A stretch of DNA of 64,000 nt from Octopus vulgaris (GCA_951406725.2 OX597831.1:16740001-16804000), one strand, 5' to 3'. Counted from the first letter of the stretch, positions 42,737-62,242 are shown. Notes: generated by a model from the letters alone, not told the origin. Numbers and translations are program-made.

Positions 42737-42908
42737 GGCGCAGGAGTGGCTGTGTATTAAGTAGCTTCCTTACCAACAACATGGTTGCGGTTTCTGTCCC
42801 ACGGCGTGGCACCTTGGGAAAGTTTCTTCTACTATAGCCTCGGGCCGACCAAAGCCTTGTGAGTGGATTTGGTAGACGGAAACTGAAAGAAGCCCGTCGT
42901 ATAGATGT

Positions 42909-42971
<63 letters not shown>

Positions 42972-43210
42972 GTGTGTGTGTGTGTGTGTATGTGTGTCGT
43001 GTATGTTTCTGTGTCTGTGTTTTTCCCACTAGCATTGCTTGACAACCGAATCTTGTGTGTTTACGTCCCCGTCATCTAGCGGTTCGGCAAAATAGACCGA
43101 TAGAATAAGTACTGGGCTTACAAAGAATAAGTCCCGGGGTCGAGTTACTCGACTAAAGGCGGTGCTCCAGCATGGCCACACTCAACTGACTGAAACAAGT
43201 AAAAGAGTAA
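42737..43210 (+). mobile_element. Full-length tRNA-derived SINE resembling octopus SINE families, with internal (TA)n(TG)n
   Basis: tRNA-like head ggcgcaggagtggctgtgt..ggtttctgtccca; body gcaccttggg..ggatttggtagacggaaactgaaagaagcccgtcg; tail ggcggtgctccagcatggcc..gactgaaacaagtaaaag. Family recognised from memory. Confidence 0.8.
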
Positions 43211-45055
43211 AGAGAGAGAGAGAGATATGAATTTTGCTGCCTAGTTATTCAGATTACCTCTTGGTTCTGGGAATTATTTTACTAATCCATTTCCAAACCT
43301 GTTCCACCCACCTGATCTTAGTATTTATAAAGGTCTTTATGTAAGTAGCCCTTCTAATTAAGTGCAACAAAGAAACAATAATATCATGTTTGGATTAACC
43401 CTAAAAACTTTTAAGAATCTATATTATACATCTTTGTTTATAATTAATATATAGTTATCATGTCTAAGAAAATCAATAATCCTTTAGAGAATGTCATGTA
43501 AAAATCTTTAGACATGCTAACTTAGTAAATAAACCATTTTATAGTTTAAATAATTGAATTATTATACATTTTATATAAATCTTCCATTTTGATATTAAAT
43601 AGGTATATATATATTTCATCATAATTTTTGTGATTAAGCTTTTTTATTTCTTTTCAATTGCGTTTAACCTACCTGAACGTTTTATTATTTTATAAATACT
43701 ACATTTTATGAAATAAATCTAATATTTGGACTCCTAGAAAATCTTACTTAGCCTACATATAACAGTACGGGTATCTTCTCATCTCATAATAAACTGCTTA
43801 GTTTATACTTTAATTAATATATAGTTAGCATGTTCTTTAGACTTTAGAATACCTTTATTAAATACCAGTAATTGCCAATTATCAATCTTCATAGATTCCA
43901 TCTAATGAGTTAAAATTTAAACATATAAAATAAATAAATATTTAACTATTTCTATGTAACTGTTTTCCTCATTCTATTGTGGTAAATTTTGGTACATACT
44001 AAAAGTTCTTCAAACGTTTTATCCTTTTGGTTATAATATTCTTATTAATAATCTTGATAACCCTCAATTTTAAATTTACACAATATAGCAATATAGTTTT
44101 AAGGTATTCAACTATAGTTCCCCATGATAATATTTCCCTTGGTTTTACTAAAGTCTCGCTCATTTAATTGATAAATATTTTCCTTTACCAAATCTCATTA
44201 TATTTCTTCAAAGTAATCTTGACAATTATATGACTATACCCACTATGATTTCTGTCAACTCCCTCAGCCCTATTCCTATCAGAAACTCGTCAGTTTTACT
44301 TTGCTTTCGATTTCGATATACAAAACTATAAATTAAAACTGACTACAAAAAACAGTGACAAGATAGATCTCTAACAAGAGTTTTTTTCCTGATAACTTGC
44401 TAGCTTTTAAGCCGAAGTGAAGACAGAATGATCTTCGTCGCTCTCCTTTCCTTCTTGGAGGTTTTTGTTAAAATTATCCTAATGTGTCCATCTGTTTTAA
44501 TTTAATTCAATTCTATGTACATTTGCAGCAGAGGATTGCTCTGCATTTAAATGGATGTTGTGGTTGAATTGTTCATTTAAATGGAGTGGCTTCAATCGAT
44601 TGTACTGCATTATCGCAGGATATCCTGTTGCTAAATTTTGATTTCAATCACCATATATTGGAACACTATGGATAATACCGTACTAAACTGTAGAGATGCG
44701 ACGCCCGTTCCTCCCCAACATCCGAAACTTGGAGTTTTATCATGGCTACCGAATAAGTGTCACACATTACAAACACATATATATATATAGTATGTGTATT
44801 TATATATGTGTGCTGCGAAAGAAAGGCCTTTTATGTAGATTTTAAGAGATGCATGGAGAGCATTCGCTGTTTTCCACTTCCAAAAAGTTTCAACGCCACG
44901 GAATACGAAGGCAAGACTAGCATATGTGGATATTTCTATTCAAATATAAAACGCAAAACTTCCTCTAACTAATATTTAATTACAAATTATTTAAATAATT
45001 ATTTCTTTGCCGATAACATATAAGAAAAAATGTTGCCTTTAATAAACGAGGGAAA

Positions 45056-45145
45056 CATGACACATCAGGTGAGGTTGTATGTATCTAAAGTGCTTTAAAA
45101 TTAAAATCTTAACAGTTGCCATTGTGTTTGACACGAATAACAACG
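45056..45145 (+). promoter_or_regulatory. Conserved proximal promoter/5'UTR of Cys-rich gene copy 2
   Basis: Near-identical to 10210-10299. Confidence 0.5.
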
Positions 45146-45188
45146 ATGAAATATGTTCTACTACTTCCCCTTTTAATTCTCCTGCAAG
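45146..45188 (+). CDS. Secreted cysteine-rich protein, copy 2, exon 1 (MKYVLLLPLLILLQ|G)
   Basis: ATG, hydrophobic signal core, AAG|GTAAGT donor, phase 1. Confidence 0.85.
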
Positions 45189-45328
45189 GTAAGTAAAATC
45201 CATATCATTTCACTTCATCTCGCAACGAGTGACGTATCCATAATCTCTCAATACGTATATATGTATACCCGTCTCTCTACCACCCTCCCCACATCTCTGC
45301 CTCTCGCTCTCTTTCTCTCTCTCTCTCT

Positions 45329-45370
<42 letters not shown>

Positions 45371-45734
45371 ATCACCGTGAACGCCGTCACTGACCAGGCT
45401 ATCGGATGCTTCTATACCTCGCTGATCATCATACGCTTCGCATTGTTTTTATTTCAATGACGCTATCCCGCTGTATAGGAGAGCAGGCCAACAGGAAAAA
45501 GAGCGAGAGAACGTTGTGGCGAAATATTTCAGCAGGGATAGCCACCACCTCCTGCCGTAGCTGTCTCCACACACACACACACACGCACACTCACACACAC
45601 TCACACTTACACACACAGACGCACACATATATATATATATATATAGACACTTATATATAGATAGATATAACAAATACACATATTTTTGTGTCTCTGAATT
45701 TATACGCATGTATATATATATACATTTTTTTTCT

Positions 45735-48445
45735 TTTTTGGACCACGCACCACCTGCCCCAGAACGGAGGTACGCAGATGCAGTGCGTGCTACAAACCAC
45801 CAGCATGTTATTAAAAGGGCAGCTGCTGAACATGAATCTTTTTGTGCATGGCACAAAATATTGTACTTCTTATGGGATACCTCAATCTGCCCAATGTCAG
45901 ATGGGACGAGGGCTTTTCCCTCCCAGGAATAACATGATGCGAACAAAGACAGGCAAGGCACTCCTGAACCTCATCAACACTCTGTACATGTAGCAAATAA
46001 TACTCAACCCAACCAGGGCAGGTAACATACTGGATCTCTGCTTCACAAATAATATGTACATCATCACCAATGGGAAAGTGACAAAGACAGTACTCTCGGA
46101 TCACAACATGGACGGGCTGACCAATTACGGGCCAAAGGAAAGCATGGACATGCAGTCTACAAGAAACACTCGCAATCTTTCCAGCTTTAACTTCCATAAT
46201 TTAGAAAGACATCCTGAAACAAAACTGGCCTGAATATCTCTCCTCGCTAGACATCGACATGAATCTTTAACAATTCATGTCTGTAATGCAAGCCATAGGC
46301 TACAAATGTGTCCCAGAGAGAAAGGCCACTGTACACAAGAACATAATTCCCAGAGAGAGGAAATTCTAATGAGACGGCGTACAAAAGATTCAAATCGTCT
46401 AAACGAATTAAAAGCAGTGAAACGTCCCGACTGAAAATAAAACTGTTGGAAATTGAAAAATGTCTGCAACTCTCCGATGAAAATGAAACAGCAGACAAAG
46501 AAGCCTGGGATATAGACAACATAAAATCTAACCTCAGAGCTTTCTACAGGTATGCCAAAGAAACAGCTACGGTGCACTGAAGGATAGGGCCACTCCTTGA
46601 ACATGATGGCACACTCAAAGGAAATCCGATGAATGTAAGTGAAATACTAAATGAGCAATTCAAGAGTATTTTCACACCACCCCTAGGGCATATTCAAGTC
46701 AGCAATCCAACTGACTCCTTTACAACTGCAGATATAGAAACAGAGGCAGCGATGATTGATTACATCAATATAAAGGAAGACGATGTAATAAAGGCTATAG
46801 TTGAAATGAAAACAGACTCAGCTACTGGCCTCGATGGATTCCCAGCAGTCCTTCTAAAAGTATGTAAGAGAGTCCTAGCAAGACCACTGCAGTTCCTCTT
46901 TCAGGGCTTCCTCGCAACTGGCAAACTTCAAAGGAAATTGAAGGAAGGTAAAATATGCCCTATTCATAAAGGAGGTAGCAGAGAGGAGGCCAAGAACTAC
47001 AGACCTATCTCTCTGACCTCACACATCAGCAAGATCATGGAACGAATAGTCAGAAGAAAACTATTCACATTCCTTAAAGAAAATGACTAGCTTCCTGACA
47101 CCCAACATGGTTTCCGACCAGGAAGATGCTGCCTAACTCAGTTCCTACAACACTATGACTGGGTGCTGAAACGACTGCTCAACAACTTAAATGTGGAAGT
47201 GATATATCCCGACTTTGCAAAGGTCTTTTATAAAGTCGATCGTGGAATGATATGTCACAAACTGCGTGATCTTGGCATCGTAGGAAAATTGGGAGAATGC
47301 CTTCGTGACTTTCTGAAGGATAGAAGCGAGGACGTAGTAGCCAATGGGGCCACTTCCATTAACACGCAAAAAGTGAGCGGTGTTCCGTAAGGCACAGGTT
47401 TTTTGACCACTGCTGTTCATAATGGCCCTCACACACATGCCCTCACCCACGCAGGGGACCACGATCACAAGTTATGCAGATGATACAAAAGTTTCACTGG
47501 CAATACTGAACTTTGAAGATACTATGCACCTGCAATATGACCTGGAAAAAATATACAAGTGGGCTGAGAAGAATAACATGCAGTTCAATGCTCAAAATTG
47601 TCAAGGTTTATGCTATCAGTATGCAAAACTAAATGCAATTCCCAATAAATTCACTGGACCTGGAGTGATTGCAATCCCAGAGGCATAATCAGTGCGAGAC
47701 CTGGGTATTTACATGAGTGATGATGCAACCTTTCATGTGCATGTTTCTAAATTGGCAATGAAATTTAGGCGGTTGGCCGGATGGATTCTTAGAACCTTTA
47801 GAACAAGAGACTAGGAAACTATGATGGTCCTCTGGAGGAAACTTGTCCTAAGCCACTATGACTATTGCTCACAGCTATGGTCACCATCCAGTGTCACGTT
47901 AATCACAGAACTTGAGGCGATCCAACGAAGCTACACGAAGAAGATAGCCTCTGTGCAGCATATAAGCTACTTGCAAAAACTATTCCTTAGAGCGTAGGCG
48001 AGAAAGATATGCCATAATATACATCTGGAAGATCCTAGAAGGACTTGTTCCAAACTTTGGCATCGAGATTTACACAAATGCTAGAACTGGGCGCCACTGC
48101 ATAGTGCCAAAGTCTCCAAGTTTGCCATCAAGATGTAGGACAAGATAGTGTGATAACCTGGGGTTCAGAGGCCCACAGCTCTTCAATATCCTCCCGAAGA
48201 ACCTGAGAGATCTGCATGGGGTTGATGCAGATGTCTTTAAAATAAAACTGGATCTCCTCCTGTTAGGTGTTCCAGATGAACCAACTTTACGGCAGGAGGT
48301 GCAGATGAGGGCAGCTGCATTGAACTCTCTCATGCACAAAATGGCAAATGCTAACAAGCATTCGTGAAGTAAAATCAAGTAGCAACACCAAATGGCGGTG
48401 CACCAGCATGGCTACAGCTGCTGAGCTGAAAGTAGATAAAATAAA
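45735..48445 (+). mobile_element. CR1-group LINE, 5'-truncated, degraded
   Basis: NILDLCFTN..SDHN (APE end); SATGLDGFP, NYRPISLTSHISKIMERIV, QHGFRPGR, DFAK, SGVP, SYADDTKV, VRDLG. In intron 1 of copy 2 only. Confidence 0.88.
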
Positions 48446-48468
48446 AAATAAAAAATAAATATATGTGT

Positions 48469-51175
<2,707 letters not shown>

Positions 51176-51268
51176 AAATCACCCCACATAATTTTATGGG
51201 TAACCCCATAAACAAATTCTGTTGCATCAAAGTTAAATACCATATTAATTTTGAATCTATATAAATAC

Positions 51269-51331
<63 letters not shown>

Positions 51332-51402
51332 AAAACATATATATATACATATATATATATATGTATATATATGAATATATATGGCTATGTGTATATGGAT
51401 GG

Positions 51403-51466
<64 letters not shown>

Positions 51467-51738
51467 ATATATATATATATATATAACAAGGAGGATATTT
51501 AAAACTCATAAATGTATTAAAACAAGATAGAGTGGTTCAATATATCATATTTTCTAGAGATATTTCGTCAATGAATATATAACAAAAAATATCGAAACCA
51601 GTCAAGCAGTATTATCTACTCAAACAGAATATTCTAATGTATAATAATCGATATCTAATTAATGAAGTTGCTAATTAATTGATAACTTAATTCCTTACAA
51701 TTGGATATTTCTGTTTTTTCTCGATTATATTACTGATT

Positions 51739-51769
<31 letters not shown>

Positions 51770-51770
51770 C

Positions 51771-51834
<64 letters not shown>

Positions 51835-51835
51835 T

Positions 51836-51908
<73 letters not shown>

Positions 51909-51930
51909 TAATAATATTAATAAAAATAAT

Positions 51931-52763
51931 AAGCAAATGGAAGTCTCCAGGAAAGGATAAAATCCCTAACTTCTGGCTGAATGCCTTCCCAGAGAGCCAT
52001 GAACTGCTAACAGAGCTTTACAATGATGTTTTGCAACAACCTAGTAGGATGCCACCTTGGCTAGTTAATAAGTTAACATTCCTGCTTCCAAAAAGTGAAG
52101 AAACAAATGAACCAAAAAACTATAGACCCATAACCTGCTTATCAACTATATATAAAACACTGGTGGGAACACAAACCACCCCATTGCTGGAAAATGACCA
52201 CATCTTAATCCTCTGGAACTTCACCATTCAAACTGACAGAAAGATAGATGCAATTATGCCAGACATCATATTTAGAGACTTCAGACAAAGAACATGCCTC
52301 CTCAATGATATGACTGTCCCAATCGATATAAACGTATCAGTCAAGACCTACCAAAAACTGAGCAAATATAAAGATCTTGAAATAGAAATCAGCAAAATGT
52401 GGAACCTGAAGACTAAAACAATACCTGTCACCGTAGGTGCCCTGGGAATGATAGCAAAAGGGGCTAATAGCTACCTAAATCAGATACTAGGGAACCCCAA
52501 AATGGCAGAAATTCAAAAGATAGTGCTCATGGGAACTGCTCATATCCTAAGCATAATATTTTATATGTAATCTCAAGGTTTAAAACAAACACAATTCTTG
52601 TTTTTTTTTAGACAGTCACTAGTAAAACACAGAAAGAAAATAAAACAAATATATGGCACACTAGGCATAAGAAGAACATGAACTTCCCACCTGTTGTCTC
52701 TTGAAGTCTCTAGTAGAAACTTGGAGCCAACTTGTACAAATATAAAACAAATATCAAACATCG
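51931..52763 (+). mobile_element. R4/Dong-like element with a large internal deletion (RT start fused to RLE end)
   Basis: KWKSPGKDKIPNFWL..NYRPITCLSTIYKTL is joined at ~52160 to family B ctggtgggaacacaaacc..LENDH..KYKDL. AAT-flanked. Confidence 0.88.
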
Positions 52764-52784
52764 AATAATAATAATAATAACGAC

Positions 52785-52823
<39 letters not shown>

Positions 52824-52860
52824 TATAATAATAATAATAATAATAATACTAATAATGATG

Positions 52861-52938
<78 letters not shown>

Positions 52939-52975
52939 TAGTAATAATATAGTTATAATATAATAATAATAATAG

Positions 52976-53024
<49 letters not shown>

Positions 53025-53173
53025 AATATAAGAGTGTGTCAACCATGTGGACGCTTTTGCGCTAAAAATAGTTCCGCAATGGTCTCAACCACCAAGAGTC
53101 GTTCCCAAGCAGAGTTAGCACAACTGTGAAGGTAAACGAGCAGGACAAATGAAAATAACAAAACTGTAGGTTA

Positions 53174-53250
53174 ATTCTAGACAATTGTTTCGCTATTACT
53201 GGATTATGCAATGTTTCTTACATCATAGATCTGCAGCTCCTCAGTAGAAT
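53174..53250 (-). ncRNA. Type I hammerhead ribozyme motif, copy 1
   Basis: 5'-AUUCUA CUGAGGA GCU...AGC GAAAC AAUU GUC UAGAAU: 6-bp stem I, intact core, palindromic minimal stem III, GUC cleavage triplet. Confidence 0.75.
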
Positions 53251-53677
53251 TTGTCATGTGTACAATTTACTGAACCGCACGCCAGGTTTTAACATAAAGC
53301 CAAACACACGTGTGGTTCAGTCTATTATATTCGCAGTTATGATTCGAATGCCCTCGTTGTAGAGCGCCAAAATACACGGAAAAAATACTGCATAAATAAT
53401 TTACTGCAGTATAATTAACATCAATAATAAGGTTGAAAAAATTTGATATTAACTTAATAATAACATCAATTTAACACTAAGTGGTTTAGCGCATAAAACC
53501 TGGGTTACACTAAAATAAATACACAAATATAAGAGATTGTCCACTATGTAGTCGCTCTTGCGTTAAAAATAGATACGCAATGGTCTCAACCACCAAGAAG
53601 TGTTCCCAAGGAGAATTAGCATAACTATGAACGTAAACGAGCAGGAGAAATAAAAAAAATATCAAAATTGTAGATTA

Positions 53678-53754
53678 ATTCTAGACAATTGTTTCGCTGT
53701 TAATGGATTATGCAATGTCTCTAACATAATAGATCTGCAGCTCTTCAGTAGAAT
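53678..53754 (-). ncRNA. Type I hammerhead ribozyme motif, copy 2
   Basis: 5'-AUUCUA CUGAAGA GCUG...CAGC GAAAC AAUU GUC UAGAAU. Confidence 0.78.
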
Positions 53755-54098
53755 TTGTCGTGAATACAATTTACTGAACCGCAGGCCAGGGTTTAACATA
53801 AAGCCAAACACACGTGTGGTTCAGTCTATTATATTCGCAGTTATGATACGAATGCCCTCGTTATGCGTGGTTTGTTTTCAATTGCTTTGGTTTTTCTGGC
53901 AACTCCCTTTAAAGTAGAAGGAATAGATAAGATTGTTTGACTGCTATTTCTAAACTTCGGTGTGTGGTGAAGCAAATCATTGCTGAACCCTAATTATATA
54001 GTCTTACTTAAACTTACCGGGACATGGTCTTTTTTCATGCCGAATTTCACTTGGTGAAATTATTGATTACTTCTTAATTAATTTCATCCTTTGTTGTG

Positions 54099-54099
<1 letters not shown>

Positions 54100-54165
<66 letters not shown>

Positions 54166-54180
54166 TATATATATATATAT

Positions 54181-54234
<54 letters not shown>

Positions 54235-54268
54235 TATATATATATAATATAATTATATATATATAAAT

Positions 54269-54303
<35 letters not shown>

Positions 54304-54328
54304 ATTATATATATAATATATATATATG

Positions 54329-54383
<55 letters not shown>

Positions 54384-54449
54384 GATATATATATAAATAT
54401 ATATATGTATATATAATGATATATATATATAATGATATATATATATAAT

Positions 54450-54539
<90 letters not shown>

Positions 54540-54555
54540 ATATATATATATATAA

Positions 54556-54606
<51 letters not shown>

Positions 54607-54637
54607 TATATAAATATATATATATATATGTATATAA

Positions 54638-54672
<35 letters not shown>

Positions 54673-54673
54673 A

Positions 54674-54710
<37 letters not shown>
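54100..54710. repeat. Long degenerate (TA)n tract
   Basis: Direct inspection. Confidence 0.95.
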
Positions 54711-54712
<2 letters not shown>

Positions 54713-54983
54713 TTATAACCATTATTCATATCATTTACTTTTCACGGATATTTGTCCTCAGCTTGTATGTTGTTAACACAACTAGGTATCTCGGGAAAAT
54801 GTCGAACCTTGTTTCTCGTTTCTAACATATTTTACGAGGATATTATTGTTACTATTTAAGTCAGTGCCTGGAATCGGAGTCGGAATATTTCGGTTAATAT
54901 CGCGGGCTACTAAATTTCGCGGTTGATTCTAGACAGTGAGAAGAAAAATGATAATAATAATTATAATAATAACAATAATGATG

Positions 54984-55119
<136 letters not shown>

Positions 55120-55377
55120 TAATAATAATAATAAAAATAATAATAGTAGCAACAACAACGACAATAACTACATCGTACACTACCTTGGGAATGAGAAAAT
55201 AAGTTCGACATTGCCCCAACAAACCTGATGAAGCCCGGAGTGTATATCAGCCGATCGTTGTGTTAATAACACACAAGCTGAAGACAAATATCCGTCAAAT
55301 ATATTAATAATGAAAATTATAGAAGTGATACTGATATAAGTAAATAATGATTCACAAAAATGTTCTTCGATTTCAAG

Positions 55378-55477
55378 GTTATGTCGCAGCAAAATTCTGC
55401 TATATTTCAGCGGTAACAGTATGTCCTGATTCCATGAAAAAATATCCTGTAAGACGCCCGGATCGTCACTATTGCGA
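55378..55477 (+). CDS. Secreted cysteine-rich protein, copy 2, exon 2 (G|YVAAKFCYISAVTVCPDSMKKYPVRRPDRHYC|D/E)
   Basis: Acceptor ttcttcgatttcaag and donor GA|GTAACT; 100 nt, in frame with 45146-45188. Confidence 0.85.
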
Positions 55478-55676
55478 GTAACTATGCTTGTTTTCAACGA
55501 TTATTTCTCATATTTTTCTACATAAAGTTGTAATTAATAATACTTGAACTTTTCCTATATTTTGTGATATGATGCCTAGCTCTTTCTATTTATTAGACAT
55601 AATATGTGTCTGTGCGTTTGTACGTGTATATATATATATTTATATATATATTTATGTGTGTGTGTGTTTGTGCGTA

Positions 55677-55735
<59 letters not shown>

Positions 55736-55764
55736 GTGTGTGGGTGTTTGTGCGTATGTGTGTG

Positions 55765-58250
<2,486 letters not shown>

Positions 58251-58276
58251 ATATATATATATACTTATATATATAT

Positions 58277-58342
<66 letters not shown>

Positions 58343-58347
58343 GTATA

Positions 58348-58391
<44 letters not shown>

Positions 58392-58394
58392 ATA

Positions 58395-58860
58395 TACTAG
58401 CTTAAGTCGACTGACACTACGCGTGGGTAAATGTGTGTTTGCTACATTTTGTTGCTTCCATTCTGTTATTTATCACCACATTCTCCCTCTTTTTTCTCTC
58501 TCTTACTTTCCCACTCTCTTCATCTTACTTTCTCTCGGATTCTCCCTCGCTTTCTCTTACTCTCTATCTTTCTCTATCGATCTCTCTCCCATTTATAAAC
58601 AACAAAAGATCTTGAGTAAGTTGAGAAACAAAATATTTTGAAAGATCAATCATAAAAATCAGTCAGTGACAACGGAAACATCTGCTTCAGGGCAGACAGC
58701 AAAACACTAACATTTAAATGGGACAGACGAACTTGTGAGCTGAATAATAATTAAAAAAATATCGCAAACCAAAGTTTGAAGGGATAGAATCTGAGGATAG
58801 TAGAGTCACTCTGGCTGGCATTTCTTAACGACGGACAGCAACGTAGTGGCAGGTTAACGA
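58395..58860 (-). mobile_element. Helitron-like remnant
   Basis: Minus-strand 3' end acccacgcgtagtgtcagtcgacttaagCTAG|T; extent uncertain. Confidence 0.3.
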
Positions 58861-59969
58861 CTGGTGTAAAATTTTGTATATACCCTTTGTATATACATTA
58901 TATATACATTATATATACATATTTATATATAGAACACACACACACCCACATATATAAATTAACCCAATAAATATCTGATTCATAATATTTGTTCTCATGA
59001 TTGTGTGGTGGTCGTAGCAATGATATTTCTCTCTATGAATGCAGACATACGTAGAGAGAGATTGTGTGAAAGCGCTGTCAAAGGCGGGGAGGGGGTAAGA
59101 TATAGGACTCTGTGAAACGGCGTTATATATAATAGGGGTGTATATTGTCAGTTTTTCTCAGTAAAGATTAAAAGAACGAAGAGCGCATTTACATTTAATT
59201 TATAAAATATGAATACTTACTTTGTGTAATGGACAGTTAAAGCATGGATAAAATGTGCTCTAAGTATAGCTTAGAGAAATGGAAGACAGCAAATGAGGGA
59301 TTATGTTAAGGATTTTAATATTTTCAGTAAACTAAAATGTTAAAAAATAAATCTTAAGAACGGAAAGTTATGACCGGAACGCAAACGAATAGCCCGTATT
59401 ATAAATATTTTTCTTTTAGGTAAAAAGGTTATTTAGTAATCAGAAAATTACCCGAGCATGTGCCTCCCTCTTTTGCAATTTCCTCACTCTTGCTTGGTGG
59501 TCTCATAAGTTGGAGCGCTTACGCGGAGGCATATTGAAAGGCAAATCTCAAAAATGAAACATTTGGAAACCTAAAGTTGATTTGGTTTAGAATGAGAAAA
59601 CGAATAAAATAGTTAAGCTGTAAATATTTCACAACTGGAAAATTTTTGAAATTTACACAAAGAAAATTTTTAAGGACTTTCGGCTTGAGCATACAAATAA
59701 ATTATTTTTATCCACGCAAAAATAAATAATATCGGTTACATTTCTGGAAGACCTGTGATAGGATTATTTAAACTTTTGCAGCTGTCATTGAGAGACGCGT
59801 TGGAGAAGAAAGAGAGAATGCGGAGGTGCCAAACGTCTATATATAGAGAGAGGAAATGGAGAGAAGGGGGAAAAGAGAAAGATCGTGGAAGAAAAAGTGA
59901 TATATGAAAGAGATGACTGAAAAATGTAATATTTTGAAACCTAAAGATGATTTGTTTAAGAGAAAGATT

Positions 59970-60320
59970 CTCATGATTGTGTGATTGTTGTGCCGATGAT
60001 AATTCTCTTTATGAATGCAGACAGACGTAGAGAGAGAGAGAGAGTGACAGCGCCGGCGAAGGAAAGATAGTAGACGCTATCAAATGACGTTATAGAGAGA
60101 AATTGAAAGGAAGGGAGTAGAGAGAGTGACAGCGCTGGCGAAATATAGTAGATGCTATCAAATGACGTTTTAGAGAGACAGTGAACGGAAGGGAGGAGAG
60201 AGAGAGATGGAGGAAGAAAGGCAGACAATAGAATGCGATGGCGGCGACGGAAAGATAATAGACGAAGTTAAACGAAGTTATAGATAGAGTGTGATGGGAA
60301 GGGAGGAAAGAGAGTGAGTG
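59970..60320. repeat. Degenerate ~75-110 bp minisatellite
   Basis: Unit gagagtgacagcgcyggcgaa..tagtagaygctatcaaatgacgtt..gaaggga occurs ~3 times; a related segment lies at 58993-59085. Confidence 0.6.
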
Positions 60321-60555
60321 ATGGAAGAAGACAGATACATAAAAGAATGGGAGTAGACATGTCAAAGTGCGTTTTTGACCCTAGCAACGGCACTTTTTAA
60401 GATGGGGATTTCTAACCTACCCCACCCGCATCCTCACCTCATCTTACATTTCCTAGTAAATTTTTGAGTGAATCCTACGGGATCTAGTGGCCTTTAACCC
60501 GTTCTCAATGCGAAAACCAGACAAAGTAAGAATTTTTTCGCATTTCAGAATTATA

Positions 60556-60693
<138 letters not shown>

Positions 60694-61087
60694 AAAGTAT
60701 GTTTTTTTTTAAAGTAATTTTAATGCTCTATTTTATTTTTTACCTGTTGAGCGACTCTATTTCTATGGAAGTGATTTCTCTAATACAATAATCATTTCTT
60801 AAACATATTAGCGAAATACGTGTCCTTTTTGTATATATTCTATATATTATATTGTTTTTGTAATTTACTTAATCTTTACATTTTATTGTTATTTGAATTT
60901 TAAATTATTCTATTATACGTGATTTTCTTAATGGTGTAATTTAATTATTCATTTTGAATTGATAAAAGGTGGTTGTTTTTTCTAATATTTTATACATTTA
61001 TTATTTTGTGTGGAATTTCATTTAGTATTTCTAAATTGAATTCTTTTCCCTTGTAATTCTGGATATTATTCCCTCAAATACTAATAA

Positions 61088-61155
<68 letters not shown>

Positions 61156-61195
61156 TAAAAATAAAATATTAGGGAATAAATCCAAACTTACAGGG

Positions 61196-61239
<44 letters not shown>

Positions 61240-61728
61240 CTAAGCGTGGATTCACCCGGTCTGTTTGGATGATGTAGCTATGATCGTTTTCGGTTAAGCA
61301 TAATCTATCACATCCTTCGTTAAACTAATCCTTTTGGTGCCTGTTTTGATTGGAGCCTCCGAGTGTATGAAAATTACCTGACTCTCCCCATCTAATCAAA
61401 AAACTTCTTCAGGAGTTGTTAAGTACGAATTTGTACGTGGTCTGTTTCTGATAACCATTCTTTTGGACCTCTGAATAATCATCAATTGTGATCATAGAAA
61501 GAAATTATACTTTAATCCCCATTTTTGTAAGCAGTTGTATCCGGAAAAAAAAAGATTTGCAGAGAGCAGAGATTGAAGGAAGATATATGAATTGGACGTG
61601 TGTGTGTGTGTGTGTATATGTGAGCGTTCGTGCTTGCACAAGTGTATGTGGGAGAGAAAGAGGGTGAGAAAGAGAGATAGAGTGAGTTAGTAAAGGTGTC
61701 GTGATGATTGCCGTCATTTAAGGTACTC

Positions 61729-61775
<47 letters not shown>

Positions 61776-61776
<1 letters not shown>

Positions 61777-62166
61777 GATCATGAAGAAAAAAATGCTTTC
61801 TAATTGATGTATCAATACCGGCAGATGACAACGTGTCTCTAAAAGAAATGGAGAAACTCTCAAAATACAAAGACCTGGAAATAGAGGTAACTAGAATGTG
61901 GAACCTGAAAACAGAAACAATTCCTATCATAGTAGGTGCATTAGGCATGATAAAAAAATATTCAGACAAATACGTAACAAAAACACCGGGACTTCCAAAC
62001 ACATATAACATACAGAAAATTGCACTACTAGGCACTGCACACATCCTACGCAGAACACTTTCCATACAATAACCATCAGAGCATCACAACAAATCACAAC
62101 ACATACCCAAGGCACACAGAGCTGCGCTCGGTAGTGAAGTGAAAGCACGCTATAAAAATAAAACTA

Positions 62167-62169
<3 letters not shown>
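61776..62169 (+). mobile_element. R4/Dong family A 3' stub
   Basis: Matches 20821-21214; AAT-flanked. Confidence 0.9.

Positions 62170-62242
<73 letters not shown>

Larger units (their letters stand above)
53035..53862 (-). repeat. Direct repeats of ~325 bp with a 504 bp period (Penelope pLTR or retrozyme-like)
   Basis: 53035-53360 matches 53538-53862; each contains a hammerhead. Confidence 0.8.

Noticed and set aside
42737-42810. tRNA gene
   Set aside because: tRNA-like head of a SINE, continuing into the SINE body; no proper cloverleaf.
59970-60320. CRISPR-like repeat-spacer array
   Set aside because: Eukaryotic context, degenerate units of variable length, no unique spacers and no cas genes. 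A minisatellite.
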